64,000 nucleotides of DNA from Patellaria atrata CBS 101060 (GCA_010093705.1 MU006090.1:186001-250000), one strand, 5' to 3'; shown: positions 37,405-49,403, counted from the stretch's first letter. Made by a program: numbers and translations. The notes: generated by a model not told the origin, from the sequence alone.

Positions 37405-39453
37405 ATGGAAAAAGATCAAGAGCGCATTGAAGCTCAACCCAACACTAATTTGACATCTTTTACCAGCTGTAAAAGCAGCAATGTTAGCCAAGGGGATACG
37501 GCTCCAGTAGTTGAAACTGTGGCATCCAAGGAAGGTCTATATGGCATTCAGCTATGGATTTGCTTACTTTCTTTGATATCTGCTGTTTTGTTGATATCCT
37601 TAAATGCTTCAATGCTAGCCACTGTAAACATCCAATCCTCCTATCTCGACTAGGCGACCAAACTGCTCACTACACCAGGCCATTCCTCGGATAACAAATC
37701 ATTTCCACTCCCTTGATGATGTGGGTTGGTATACTAGCATATACATTCTATCTTAGTAAGTTTGCATCGTAGGCTGATATCTCCATACTGACCACGTTGA
37801 CAGTTGTTCCCTAACGCCAATGGCGGGCAAGATCTTTACGCTGTACTCGCTGAAGTTTAGCTACCTTACATGCCTTGCAATATTCACTATTGGATCGATT
37901 GTGAGCGCAGCGGCCACGTCCTCCGCGATGTTTATCATCGGGCGTACTATTGCAGGTATTGGAGGCTCGGGGATAGCTACAGGAGCACTGTCTATCATCA
38001 CTGCATGTGCACCATTGGAGAAGAGGCCTAGTAAGATAATCTAGGAAATACTTGGATTAGATCTAATAACGTTTAGCCTTGATGGGATTCCTCATGTCTT
38101 TCTTCGCAGTGGGCAACCTTACAGGTCCATTGATTGGGGGAGCTTTGACTGAACATACCTCCTGGAGATGGTGTAAGCGATTGCATTGAAAACCCTTTAG
38201 TGGATTTGACTAATATCGCATCTCTAGGTTTCTATATCAATGTTCCTCCGGCAGGTTTGACTGCAGCTCTTTTAATGTTGATTCGAATCCCAGACCAACG
38301 CGACGAGAAGGTCACCCGTAAATCTCTGACTGCTAGACTCCCAGACCTTGACATTGTAGGGTTTCTAATATGGGTACCGATGTGCACAATGTTTTTCCTC
38401 GCAATCCAATGGGGAGGAGTGAAGTACAGCTGGGACTCAACAATGGTCATAGGACTTTTCTGTGGAGCTGCGGGTACGCTCCCTATCTTCGTCTTTTGGG
38501 AAAGGCGCAAAGGAGACGATGCGCTGATCCCGCCTTCTTTGTTCAACCACCGGATCACCGTGTTTGCATGCTTGACAGGGTTTGCCCAAATGGGAGGCTT
38601 ACTGGCAATGTCTTTCTACTTGCCTATCTGGTTCCAAGCGGTCAAGGATGCGAGTCCACTTGCCAGTGGTCTTATGACACTCCCCCAAGTGATTGCAGAT
38701 GTTGTAGCTGCAGTAGTGTCTGGCGTCGCGGGTATGCTCATGCTTCTTTCACACTTCCCTGTCATAGTCCATAATTCGTTAGAGAAAAGTGACTAAAAGA
38801 TTGATTTATAGTGACCCGTTTCGGATACTACCTCCCTTGGGCGCTCTTCGGAAACGCGGTAGCCTCTATCGGCACTGGTTTGACTACCTCATTCATACCA
38901 GACTCATCAGCGGGGAATTGGATCGGGTACCAAATCCTCATTGGTGTCGGCCGTGGTACTACGATGCAGATGCCCTTGACTGCAATGCAATGCGTCCTCC
39001 CCGCACACCAATTGCATCTTGGTAACGCAATAGTAATGTTCTCTCAATTCTTCGGTAGCTCCGTTATCGTCGCTGTTAGCGGGACTATCTTTACGAACAA
39101 ATTGCCATCGGCTATAATGAAGTATGCACCGAGCGTCGATCTAGCGCAGGTTGAGGAGGTTGGAGCTATAGATCTGAGACGTGTGTGGCACGGTGAAGTG
39201 CTTTATGGTATAAGATTGGCGTACAATTCAGCGGTTATTAATGGTTTTGTGAGTGAACAGTCTCAACTAAACATCGACTTTTGAGCTAATCATATGACAG
39301 TATGTATCCGTAGCAGCATCTTGTTTAGCATTTCTGCTCAGCTGGGGTTTAGGGACGAAAAGTGTCAAGGAGGTCAAAGCAAAGCGAGAGGAGGTTCCGA
39401 ATGAATCGGAAGCGAAAGAGCAAGGGAACGAGAGTCACCGTATGAGAATATAA
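37405..39453 (+). CDS. MFS drug:H+ antiporter (DHA2, 14-TMS; AflT/GliA-like efflux pump), about 7 exons
   Basis: LNASMLAT|AIPRITNHFHSLDDVGWY, FIIGRTIAGIGGSG, GPLIGGALTEHTSWRW|FYINVP and YLPIWFQAVK. The last exon ends at TAA 39451-39453. Confidence 0.92.
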
Positions 39454-40135
39454 CACATGCTAAGGGATTACAATAGAGTCGAGCGAAAAGGAGAGGTTGA
39501 TCTTACAATGGGTAATTTACATTTGTATCTTCAGAAGGGGTAACAACGCCGAGCACATAATTTCTTCAGGTTGCTCCATCTAAAGGTCGCCAATTACTAA
39601 TAAAACCAATTGCATAATTGCTTCCATTGCCATACCACTGCTGGGTCACTAGACGCTTGTTCTCAGAAGTTACCTCTAATTCTGCTGTACGTAATGAATC
39701 AAAGCATACAACGGACTATCAGCTGTATAAGCACATGCACCGCGAGGGTTTGGGGAGAGCTTAGAGATCTTCCCTTCGTAAGTAATCTGGAATTTAACCC
39801 CTCAGATTCGTGATTTTTTGAGTAATATTCAGAATGTGACGAGTTTGAAACAATCCCTCATAGATTGTTCAATAGGTCGCTTGAGCTTTTCATAACCATG
39901 TTCCACGGGCTATTTTCTCTAGCTGGTGAGGAACTGAGCAAAAAAGTCCTTGGAGGTATATGAGCAGCAGTACAGGACAGGCAGCTTTTATCCGCCTCAT
40001 AAACTTGACGGAGCCACATAACATCGGAGTGGAGGTTTTCAGTCTGAAGAATGATGATGAGGTTGACCAGAACCCTTTCAGAGGTGGCTGTTCCCTGTAG
40101 TGAACCAGATCTTTCCTGTAGAAAGCGTTGGCAAA

Positions 40136-40966
40136 TTATATTAACGCTCCAAAGTTCATTATGATTTCCTCCTTCCTCCGTACTCGCTCTTGTTTCTCCT
40201 CATATCTTTTCAAAGATTCGGCATATTTCTGTTTCTTCGCCAACTTCGCCTGTTCATATTCTGCTTTCTTCTTCTGGATCTCCTTTTCCTTGCGCCTTTC
40301 CTTTTCCAATCCCTTCTCGATCTTCTTCAACTCTGGGGTAGAGAGCATCCAAGGCTTAGACAGTACGTTCTTGCGAAAGTTGACCAGTTCACTCCAAGCA
40401 GTGGCCTCTTCATCAGTCGTGTTAAGCAGAGTAACCCTCTTGAGGTCCAATCTCTTCACGCGTCGAAACTCTGAAATAGTACACTTGACTTTGACCACAC
40501 TTCCAATATCAACAAGACAACTATCGATTGTAATCTTCGTCAAGCCAAAGTTACGAGTGACATTCAGGTTTTGAACAGTGGTGTTTGAATTGAAGTCAAT
40601 GAAGTTAGCACCATCGTCGTCTGATAAACGAGCAACCTGGACTTCAATAGTTGCGCCGCTTCCATCATCAAGGGTAAGGACGATCCATTTAGACGCGATC
40701 TCCTGAATTGCGACGATAGGCCCGACAAGTCGTACATAGCGGATGGGATGGTTCAGATGGAAGTAAATGTTTTGACCTACGCGAGGAAAAGGTTGCTTAG
40801 CTATAGTCTAATACACCGTGCAATTGGAATTTATCCCCGTACCTTCGAACCCACTTTCTACACGTAACCCGTGTACATCAGCAGCGGTGACCTTGACCCA
40901 GGTATTGTAGGTCGGAGACGCGTTGAAACAATATGCTGGATATATTTGGGGATATCTCGCGTTCAT
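40136..40966 (-). CDS. STN1: OB-fold telomere-capping CST subunit Stn1; intron 40842-40777
   Basis: YPAYCFNASPTYNTWVK, FEGQNIYFHLNHPIRYVRLVG, LTLDDGSGATIEV and VVKVKCTISEFR...EEATAW are typical of filamentous-fungal Stn1. Confidence 0.8.
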
Positions 40967-41940
40967 GTCATTGCATTGAAGCCTTTTGAGCTATATTTTT
41001 TGGTTTAAATATTTACAGAATTCAAGGTAAGAATGTTGATGATAATGGAGGTTGTTGTAGATAGGACAGACGCGGTAACCCGTGGTACAGTATGGTTGTT
41101 GGGGTAGCAACGCGTAATCACGTGATGAAAATCTTATCTTAGCGTCTTGACAGTATCGATAAGATCCCGATAAGTAAAGAGGGAAATTTGTCCAAGTTTT
41201 CAACCTTCTCCCAATTCCCTTCGTCCCTGAAATCAAGCTTATATATGTCTTACACACCACTAGAGCAAATGGATTAATATTAGCTTCTTAGCATACACAT
41301 CCCAGTCTCCCGTCATGATTTGTAGTTCTAACTTACATTTAGGGATATCCCAAAATAAACTGCTCCTCATCATTGTTTGCTTGAACAGCCTTCACATCGC
41401 CTTACCCACTTCAATAGTTTCCATGAGCCCCGGTATCATTTGGCCTTGAGAGCGTACTTAATAGTAAGGTATCTTACTCTATATTTTCCGAGACTACCTG
41501 GAATTCAACTAACACAAGACAAATCCGGAACAACTTCCGTGCTGACCTTGATTTTATGGTGGTGACCGGAAGTGGAGATGTCATGACCTATGAGGCTGCA
41601 TGTCTTGCATATGACCATTAAGGTATGCGTTATTAGCACCATCTCGGGTCGAGGTGAACAACTGTCGACGGGAAGCTTGCCTCGAGCTCTTTTGGGTTGT
41701 AAGGTAAGCCGCGGCTTTAACAGGAGCTTGCCCGCGCGTTTGCTTAGCAGATGGGAGATATCATCCACAAAGTTTCCTGTGTCACTACTAGCGTTTGACC
41801 TCTATGAATCTTCAGGAAATTCCTTCTTTCTCATGATTTCCTATCTGGTACTCTTTCAATCCCGACAACAATTTCTCTAAGCTCCTCATTCCTACCAGTC
41901 TATCGCTGAAATCATAAACTCCACCCAGAACTTCTCCACG

Positions 41941-42634
41941 ATGCTTTCCAGTTGCATATCAACCCTTCTATTCCTTGCATTTACACGTCTTGTACTCATA
42001 GTTCAGGCGCAAGATGTCTACGCCCCTTTTTCCGGTGCGATCTACATTGTAAACAGCGACGGCACATCCTGGAGCTCTCTATATCCAGCGATGTGCCCCG
42101 TCAATGCTGCTATAAGCTGCAATGGCATCGGTCATCCCAACTGGTTCGCCCACCCGCTCTTTCGGAAATAATCACACAATCATAACAAAGTTCTATAGGT
42201 GTTGCCCCTCTACCTACGCCTGTGCTATAAGCTCTAATTCCCTTGTTGGTTGTTGTCCGAATGGTTCGATCTGTCAAGGCAATGTCAACGCCGCCGCGAT
42301 CAGTACTGTAACCGTAACGCAATTTATTACCCCTACTCCCACACAAGTCACTGTAGCTCAAGTCCCGCTCACGACTACCATTGTTCCTGTTGTCGTACCA
42401 GCGGGGGTCACGTCTGTACAGCAACCTCCACCAGCGAACGGCCAGTATTGCTCCACCCTGACAGCACGCGGGCCTGGCCTCCCTACTACAGCTCTTGGTG
42501 AATGCGGGACGATTCTTGTGGTAAACAGAGCTGAACGTCTTACTGGTACAGTGTTCTGGGGATTTGGAGTAATGGCAGTTGGCTCAGGAATCCTCATATT
42601 TCACGTAGCCATTGCCAGGTTCATGGGAGGATAG
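41941..42634 (+). CDS. Small secreted Cys-rich protein with C-terminal hydrophobic anchor (GPI or TM); intron 42144-42198
   Basis: Signal peptide ending AQ, a Cys cluster CP...C...WCCP...C...GCCP.G..C, a Thr-rich region, YCSTL...GPGLPT...CGTILVV and a hydrophobic tail. Confidence 0.8.
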
Positions 42635-43285
42635 GAGTCGGATTGGAATCTGTTTCGGCGTGTATGGCGTTAGTAGGACCCTAGAGTCAAGGGATGAGTG
42701 TACGATGATTATGAGAAATGAATAATTCTACGATTTGCTAAAGTAATAGATTCATCCTATCATGCTTCCTTTAAGTCTATCCTTCAGTCTGTGTGATTGA
42801 CGCCCCTATACGTATCGTTTGTATTCCTTTACCATCCGAACTACTGGATGATGCGAGAAAATTCAGGCATTCCCTTTTCCCTACCCTAATATTCCTCGCT
42901 TTAATGAAAATGCATCCTCAAAAAATCATTCGACCTTGCTATACAGGACCTACGGGGACAAACCAGGTCTTCAACCCGCACAGAGGACCTAACTGTATAG
43001 AGGACCGAGATCTACTGATTGTCTGAAATTGACAATCCTCCCAGCGAACGTTTGACAAGCGTACAAAGACCCGGAAATTTTAGCTGTACGGAGGTATACG
43101 AATACCAACTATGACAGCGGAGATGATATTGGTCCAGATTGAGCTATCATTTCAGGCAGAAGTCACGTCGTCTGATTTAAAGGTGGTTATATAAGAACCA
43201 GCAGAACACCCATATACTGAGTGAGGCGGAACGTACGAGGCCGATATCAAGCTCATATATGACGATATCCTTAGCGTACATCTTT

Positions 43286-43819
43286 CTATTCCCCGGCCTC
43301 TCTCTCGTGTCCAGCCGTCGCGACCTTTAAGATATCATCTTCCAGTCCAGAAATGTGGATACACGTTATCCCGCTCTCTTCAAGCTTTGTTCTGCCCACA
43401 TTCTCCCCCACAAACGTCTCCGGCTCCGACACCCCATGGTATACCTTTCTAATCCCGCCCTTCCCCTCTTTCTGCGTCCGTAATATCCTTTCCACACATG
43501 GTAGGTTACCACTCAATCTCTTTCCGCACGGCTCCATTGTAGTGTAAATCACCGTGTTCTCAGGTAAGATCTCTCCAACCCGCTCTTCGGGGATGGAGTA
43601 AGACTCGGAGAGCTTCAGGAGACAGCATTGCTCTGCATGAGTATTGCCAGGTAACTCGAGGGTGTAGCCTGTGGCGAGGACTTCACCGTTACTCTCGTTG
43701 AGAAGTAGAGCGCCCACACGGAAATTCGTGGGCTTTGGTTCCGACTTTTCAGCTTCGTTGAGGGCCAGGCGCAAGATGGATTTGTGGTCCGAGGGGTCTA
43801 CTACTTTCGAGCATGTCAT
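43286..43819 (-). CDS. Cytidine-deaminase-fold protein, stand-alone RIB2-type (DRAP) pyrimidine deaminase of riboflavin synthesis
   Basis: Zn motifs HAEQC and MEPCGKRLSGNLPC, with NFRVGA and TLELPGNTHAE. Confidence 0.85.
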   Translation of the reverse strand: MTCSKVVDPSDHKSILRLALNEAEKSEPKPTNFRVGALLLNESNGEVLATGYTLELPGNTHAEQCCLLKLSESYSIPEERVGEILPENTVIYTTMEPCGKRLSGNLPCVERILRTQKEGKGGIRKVYHGVSEPETFVGENVGRTKLEESGITCIHISGLEDDILKVATAGHEREAGE

Positions 43820-44072
43820 AGTGAGGATCAGGCTGCAATATGGCCCGTCGCAAGTTCTAAAATATTAGAGAGCCCCGTAGTCGTTGAAAGGAAACGGCTT
43901 GTTTGTTGAGGGGTTGGTGGAAGCATTGCGTCGTTTGTGCAGTGTGCGGCGGAAGTGAAAGTGGTTTCGTTTGTCGCGTCGCGTCTCCCCGCAGTTGAAA
44001 AGTAACTCGACCTCTCCGCGAACACCATCTTTCTTACTTCTCACTCTACACTCTAGCATAACCCCAATCATA

Positions 44073-45057
44073 ATGTCGTCGCACGTTGACGATCTCACCG
44101 ATGAGCCCCCCGGCTCCATCAACCCTTATGAAGTTCTCGAGATCGAGAAATCTGCGACCGCGCACGAAGTCAAGACCGCATACCGGAAGGCTGCCTTGCA
44201 ACATCACCCGGGTAATATTCGATCGTCTTAGACTTTATATTTGTGCTTACATCTTGCTAGACAAAGTGAAGCCTGAAGATAAAGAAGCTGCGAATCAAAG
44301 GTTCCAGGAGATTGCGTTCGCATATGCAATTCTCTCCGACGAACGTCGACGCGCAAGATATGACAAGACCGGACGTACAGAGGAATCAGTACAAGAAGAT
44401 GACGATTTTAATTGGCATGACTTCTTCAGTACTCAATTCCAGGATATGGTCAATGAAGACAAGATCGCCAAAGTAAAGGCAGAATATCAGGGTAGCGATG
44501 AAGAAAAGAGAGATCTCCTTGCGGCGTATACCAAGTACAAGGGCAGGATGAGTCAAGTGTTCCAGGTCATCATGCTTAGCAATCCGTTGGAGGATGAAGA
44601 GAGATTCCGTGCTATTATCGATGCGGCCATCAAAGACGGCAATGTCGATTCCTACCCTCAATACACGAATGAGACTAAAGCTGGTCGCAAACGAAGAATG
44701 GATGAAGCAATGGCCGAAGCAGGTGAGGCAGAAGAGTTAGCAAAAGAGCTTGGTGTCCATGAGAAGGTTTCCCGAAGCCGCAAGCGTAAGACAAAGAAGG
44801 GAAATACAGCTGAACAAGACGAGTCCGACTTGATGGCTCTCATTCAACAGCGAGCGAAAGACAGGGCCAGCCAAGCTACGAATTTCCTCGACAGCCTCGC
44901 AGCGAAGTACACTCCGAAACCTAAGAACGGCAAGAAACGCGAAGCCTCTGATGACGAGCCATCCGAGGAAGCGTTTCAAGAGACAGCCGAGAAACTCAAC
45001 AAGGCTAAGGCTAAGAGGCTAAGGTCTAAGAAGCAAGCTTCAACCGACTCCGACTGA
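44073..45057 (+). CDS. J-domain co-chaperone, DNAJC9-like; intron 44212-44260
   Basis: The HPD motif is formed across the splice junction. FQEIAFAYAILSD..RR.RYD, YQGSDEEKRDLL, EAEELAKELG and LMALIQQR...FLDSLAAKY match the DNAJC9 architecture. Confidence 0.88.
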
Positions 45058-45940
45058 AGAGGTAAATTCGTGTTTCGATTTGGTTCCTTGGATGGACACT
45101 TTGGGGTACATTTGTTCTTCATCAGCGTGGCGTTGGTGGTTGGTCTCACTAGGTTACAGACAAAGGTTTGCATCTGAGGTAGGACGGACAGTGATCACAG
45201 GTTCTGTTTCGGCAGTCTGAATTCTACTTGTCTAGCGTATTCTCGACAAGAGGTATCAAGTTCTCAGCTTCGTTCAATATGAAGCTCTCAATTTCCGAAA
45301 ATATCATGTTCCTGTATTCACGTGCTCGGGAGTTCGGTCACGGCTAACACTAGAATTAGCAGCCGGATATATGGACGAGCATAAGTTGTCCTTTACCCGC
45401 ACGTCGCCAACCTTCCAATTTACATTAATTCAATGGACACTCAAATTTTTGCATCGAGACCCGGATTTTCTTTAATGGCAGCTCCTTGGCTCATAACACG
45501 GAGCAGTTAGAGGAACCTGAGATCGCCGTCGGTTTCTTCCATCCCCGCATTCTGAGTCTTGTACAACCAGGTCTGGAAACATGGTGTACACAAGAGTTTA
45601 TTCTTAGTCTTCATTCTAGGTCCTGATACTTACGCTTCATCAATTGAATACGAGCAAAGATACCTACAGTCGAGTCCATTGGACGTGTTTGTCCGTCGGG
45701 TGTCAATCTTCAGTCACAATGGCGTACAAGATCTCGTACGGTGAACACGGTCCTGCCTCCGTTGCGCTTTCCTTGCATCAATCCGAAGAAGACGAAGGTT
45801 TAAAAAGTCTTCTTGCAGGAGATATGAACATATTGCAAGTTTAAAATCACCTCTAACCCCTATTTCTTCTCGTGACGTCCTGTATTTCTATACCAACTTA
45901 GTCCTCTATTGTACGGTCTCCACCTTATATTTGCTTCAAG

Positions 45941-47112
45941 ATGAAGTCCCTACTTTCACTTCTTAGTTTCGTTTCTTATTCAACCGCTGGGGTAATTCTT
46001 ACCTCAGGCATGCTTACGCAAGATGTCCCTATTCCAACCCTTGCGCCAGAAGGGCCTAAGTACTGCAGTAGCCCGCCAATGTGTCCACAAGCTGAACCCT
46101 TCGTACGCAATACTGGTTCATTTTAGTTAGAATCACCAGACTTACGTAGAATACAGTTATGTCGATGCAGAAATGCTTGGATCAAAAAATGTCGACCTGA
46201 GTTACCCGTCCTAGTATGTGCATCCAAAGTAGTACAAAACATTGCAGTATCTTACGAGCTCAGGTTTGCGGACTCCAATTAGACGCAGTAGAAGCTCGAG
46301 CAGAAGCCGCCCCGACTTTCCCCCTAGGAGCGCCGGGTACCGGTCCACAATACTGCGACGCTGTCACCGGAGAGCCTTGTTCGCTGAGCCAAACCTGCTA
46401 TGAGCTTCCCCCATCTCTCTGCCAGAACCAGTTTGACTGCGGTGTATGCGTCGGTCAATCTGCGCCTGAAGAGGGAGAGGAGAATGAAGACGTTGAAAAG
46501 CGAGCCCCTACCTCCTTTGTGATCTACCCACCACCCGCGACGTCAACATCGACCAAGAAGCCTATCTCCCTCCCCACAATTCCCACAACCAAGACTCGCG
46601 TCACTTCTCGCCCAACCTTTATCATAGACCCCCCTCCTCCTACCCTCACAAGGACACCGACAATGATCGTAGACCCGCCTCCACCCCTTACACTCACACT
46701 CACAAAGACAAAGACCCCCTCACTTACCACCAAAACCATCAAAACCAGAACCACGACCCGCTCCGGAGCCGTAACCTCAGATCCCGTAACGCTCTACCCT
46801 CCACCCTCGTCCACAACCAAGAAGCCAGTCCTCACCACCAAGACCATCATCCCGGTCCCGACGCCCACGAGGAAAGCGTGCGGTGGCCTTCTGGGAATCC
46901 AGTGTGCCAAGGGCGAGATTTGCATCAACGACCCGGATCGCACGGGATGCGGAATGGAGTGCGATGCGCCGGGCGTGTGCGTGAAGGAGGAGTACTGCGG
47001 TGGGTTTGCGGGACTGAGGTGCGAGACTACGGGGATGAGGTGTATCGATGATCCGAGGGATAACTGTGATCCGAAGAAGGGCGGGGCTGACTGTATGGGG
47101 ATTTGTTATTAG
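45941..47112 (+). CDS. Secreted multi-module Cys-rich protein with Thr/Pro-rich linker; introns 46103-46156 and 46214-46263
   Basis: Signal peptide, two phase-0 GT-AG introns that keep the frame, four 6-Cys modules, and C-terminal CGGFAG..C...CIDDPRD.CDP..GGADC.GIC. Confidence 0.8.
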
Positions 47113-47952
47113 GTGTTTTCGTTTTGGAGGGAGGTTGGGAAAGGTGTTTTTGGGGTAAAAGTTTTGTATTAAGAAAGAGTTAAATGAAGACCTGAATCTA
47201 AAGATAGATGTTCAGCATAGCTTCTTCAGTGCTTCTGATCGTGCCACGGTACAATATCATACTATCTTTGAACTATTGGTGTTCAAAACACCCACTGGAT
47301 AACCAACCTTTAGAGTCGTCAGTCGCTATACTCTCGGACAGTCTCCACAACTCAAAGCTATATATATCCCCTGGCGAGGGATAGGATAGACAGCGGACAA
47401 AACCCACGAATAGCGCACAAGGAATCTGTTTGATCTGTTCTGCAGGGTCAGACATCTACCGACCTACTGTGGCATTTTGCTATATAAAGGAGTGTCATCA
47501 ACCCTCAATAAGTAAAAAGCCAATAGGGACCACGGAATACCGAAAACCAAACCGAAAATATCCGATACGTGAATAAACCGGGGAGTGTTGGAAGCTAACT
47601 GAGAGTATCGAGAACCAACTACGACCGTTGGGGTTCTCGGAAACTAATCATTAATATCATAAACCAACTGCCGAGTATGATTCGCCAGTTGATTGTATCC
47701 TCAGCCAAGGAGGAGTATTGTTAGATAAAAAAAAAATAAACAGTGTCTATATTTCGTGTGAAGATTGAGGGTTCAAGTTGCAAAAGTAGATAGTAATATT
47801 AAATATGATATTAAGGACAGATGAAGAACTGCACTACGCCGGATAGCTTCTTGTCAATGTACCTGAGATCCGGATATGTACCCCTATCACTAAAACGCCA
47901 AAATCATGCTATGTACCGATTCCTGACCTGGATGACAATCGCTTCCCAACCT

Positions 47953-49272
47953 CTAAGAAGCCACCCCAAAGCGTTCCAAATGGATCCTATCAGCACCAGC
48001 GCCATAGCTCTGCAGCTTCTCCTTCATGCCCTCCATGAAAGCAAGAGGTCCACAGATGAAGTACTCGGTCTTGTTATCCTCAACAAAAAGATCCTCCTCC
48101 TTATCCAGCCTATCCAAATCCAAATGTCCCTCCAAAATCCGCGTCTTGACATTATCATTCTTCTCCCCTACACCTCTCACATGCTGCTCGAACGCTCTAA
48201 CCTCCGAATTCCTAGCTGTATGAATCCAGCTAATCTTCCTCTTCGTCCCCCTCTCAACCAACGTATTCAGGATACTCAGTAGCGGCGTCAGTCCCACGCC
48301 AGCACCCAGCAGCACAAGCGGCGCATCGGTCTCGAGCGTCGGATCCACGAAGAACTCTCCAAACGGATGCGTGACACCGACGACATCGCCCTCGTTCTTC
48401 GTATCGTGCAGGACATTGCTCACGTAGGCCGGATGCCTCGCCGCCTCGGGGGACTGGACATCCGGCACGCCATCCTCCCTCTTGACGCTGATCCTGAAAT
48501 GCTCCCTCCGCGGCGCATCGCTAAGACTGTACTGCCTGCTCTGCCTGTAGCCGAGTGCGGGGACGTCCATCTCGACGCTGATGTACTGGCCCGGGTGGAA
48601 CGACGGCAGCGGCTCGCCGTCCACAGGCTCGAGGTAGAAGCTCGTGACGTCCCTGGACTCCCTGACCTTCCTCGCGATGCGGAAGTCGCGCCAGCCCTTC
48701 CATTTCCCCGCCGTGCCGTACAGCTTCGCCTCGGCGTCGATCATGATGTCCGCGAGTTGCCAGTACGCCGCTGCCCAGGCGTCGTGGATCTCCGGGGTCA
48801 CCGCGTCCCCGAGGATGGTGGACATGCTCTCCAGCAGGTACTTCCCCACGATGGCGTACTGGGCGGGCTGGATGTCGAGGCTGGCGTGCTTGTTGCAGAT
48901 CACGGCGACGGCGGGTCCGAGGGCGCCGAGGTCGCTGATGTTATCTGCGTATGCGTACAGTGCGGCGGCGAGCGCGAGCGGTTGGTGGGAATTCGCTTGC
49001 GAAGAGTGGTTGAAGACACGGCGTAAGGAGGGATGGGCGGTGAGCATGTTGTTGTAGAAGTTGCGTGTGATGGGGACACCATGTTCAGCGAGAACAGGGA
49101 CGGTCGACTTGATGATTTTGGCTTGTTCCGGGGTTAGAGGACCGGGCTTGGGGTTAGGGGTAGGGGGAAGGGGTTGTTCGACGAGCTTTGGAGTGGTTGC
49201 CATGCTGGAAGTGGAAGTCTTTGTTCCGAAGATGGAGGATTTGGCTTTCTGTAGACTGATGATTGAAGACAT
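47953..49272 (-). CDS. YHB1: Flavohemoglobin (NO dioxygenase), intronless; in-frame ATGs at 49272 and 49203
   Basis: Globin domain (FY.NML..HP.L..VFN, KHASL, YAIVG), FAD-binding RQYSLS, NAD-binding GAGVGLTP, FICGP and ERFG. Confidence 0.95.
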   Translation of the reverse strand: MSSIISLQKAKSSIFGTKTSTSSMATTPKLVEQPLPPTPNPKPGPLTPEQAKIIKSTVPVLAEHGVPITRNFYNNMLTAHPSLRRVFNHSSQANSHQPLALAAALYAYADNISDLGALGPAVAVICNKHASLDIQPAQYAIVGKYLLESMSTILGDAVTPEIHDAWAAAYWQLADIMIDAEAKLYGTAGKWKGWRDFRIARKVRESRDVTSFYLEPVDGEPLPSFHPGQYISVEMDVPALGYRQSRQYSLSDAPRREHFRISVKREDGVPDVQSPEAARHPAYVSNVLHDTKNEGDVVGVTHPFGEFFVDPTLETDAPLVLLGAGVGLTPLLSILNTLVERGTKRKISWIHTARNSEVRAFEQHVRGVGEKNDNVKTRILEGHLDLDRLDKEEDLFVEDNKTEYFICGPLAFMEGMKEKLQSYGAGADRIHLERFGVAS

Positions 49273-49395
49273 TGATGACTGGCAGGGAGGGACTAATAGG
49301 TAGAAGGCGCTGCTATTTTTATATACTCCATAATAAGGCAAGAGTTTTCAATCTCGTCGCTACCATTTCACTCCAAGGCAGCTTGATCACTACGA

Positions 49396-49403
49396 CTCCG
49401 CGG
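49396..49403. promoter_or_regulatory. NirA-type binding site CTCCGCGG (proximal)
   Basis: Exact match to the A. nidulans NirA consensus CTCCGHGG, upstream of the flavohemoglobin TATA. Confidence 0.6.

Noticed and set aside
48367..49057. Long antisense ORFs over flavohemoglobin (and over 16850-17893 and the carbonic anhydrase)
   Set aside because: Expected shadows of GC-rich codon bias; no motifs.
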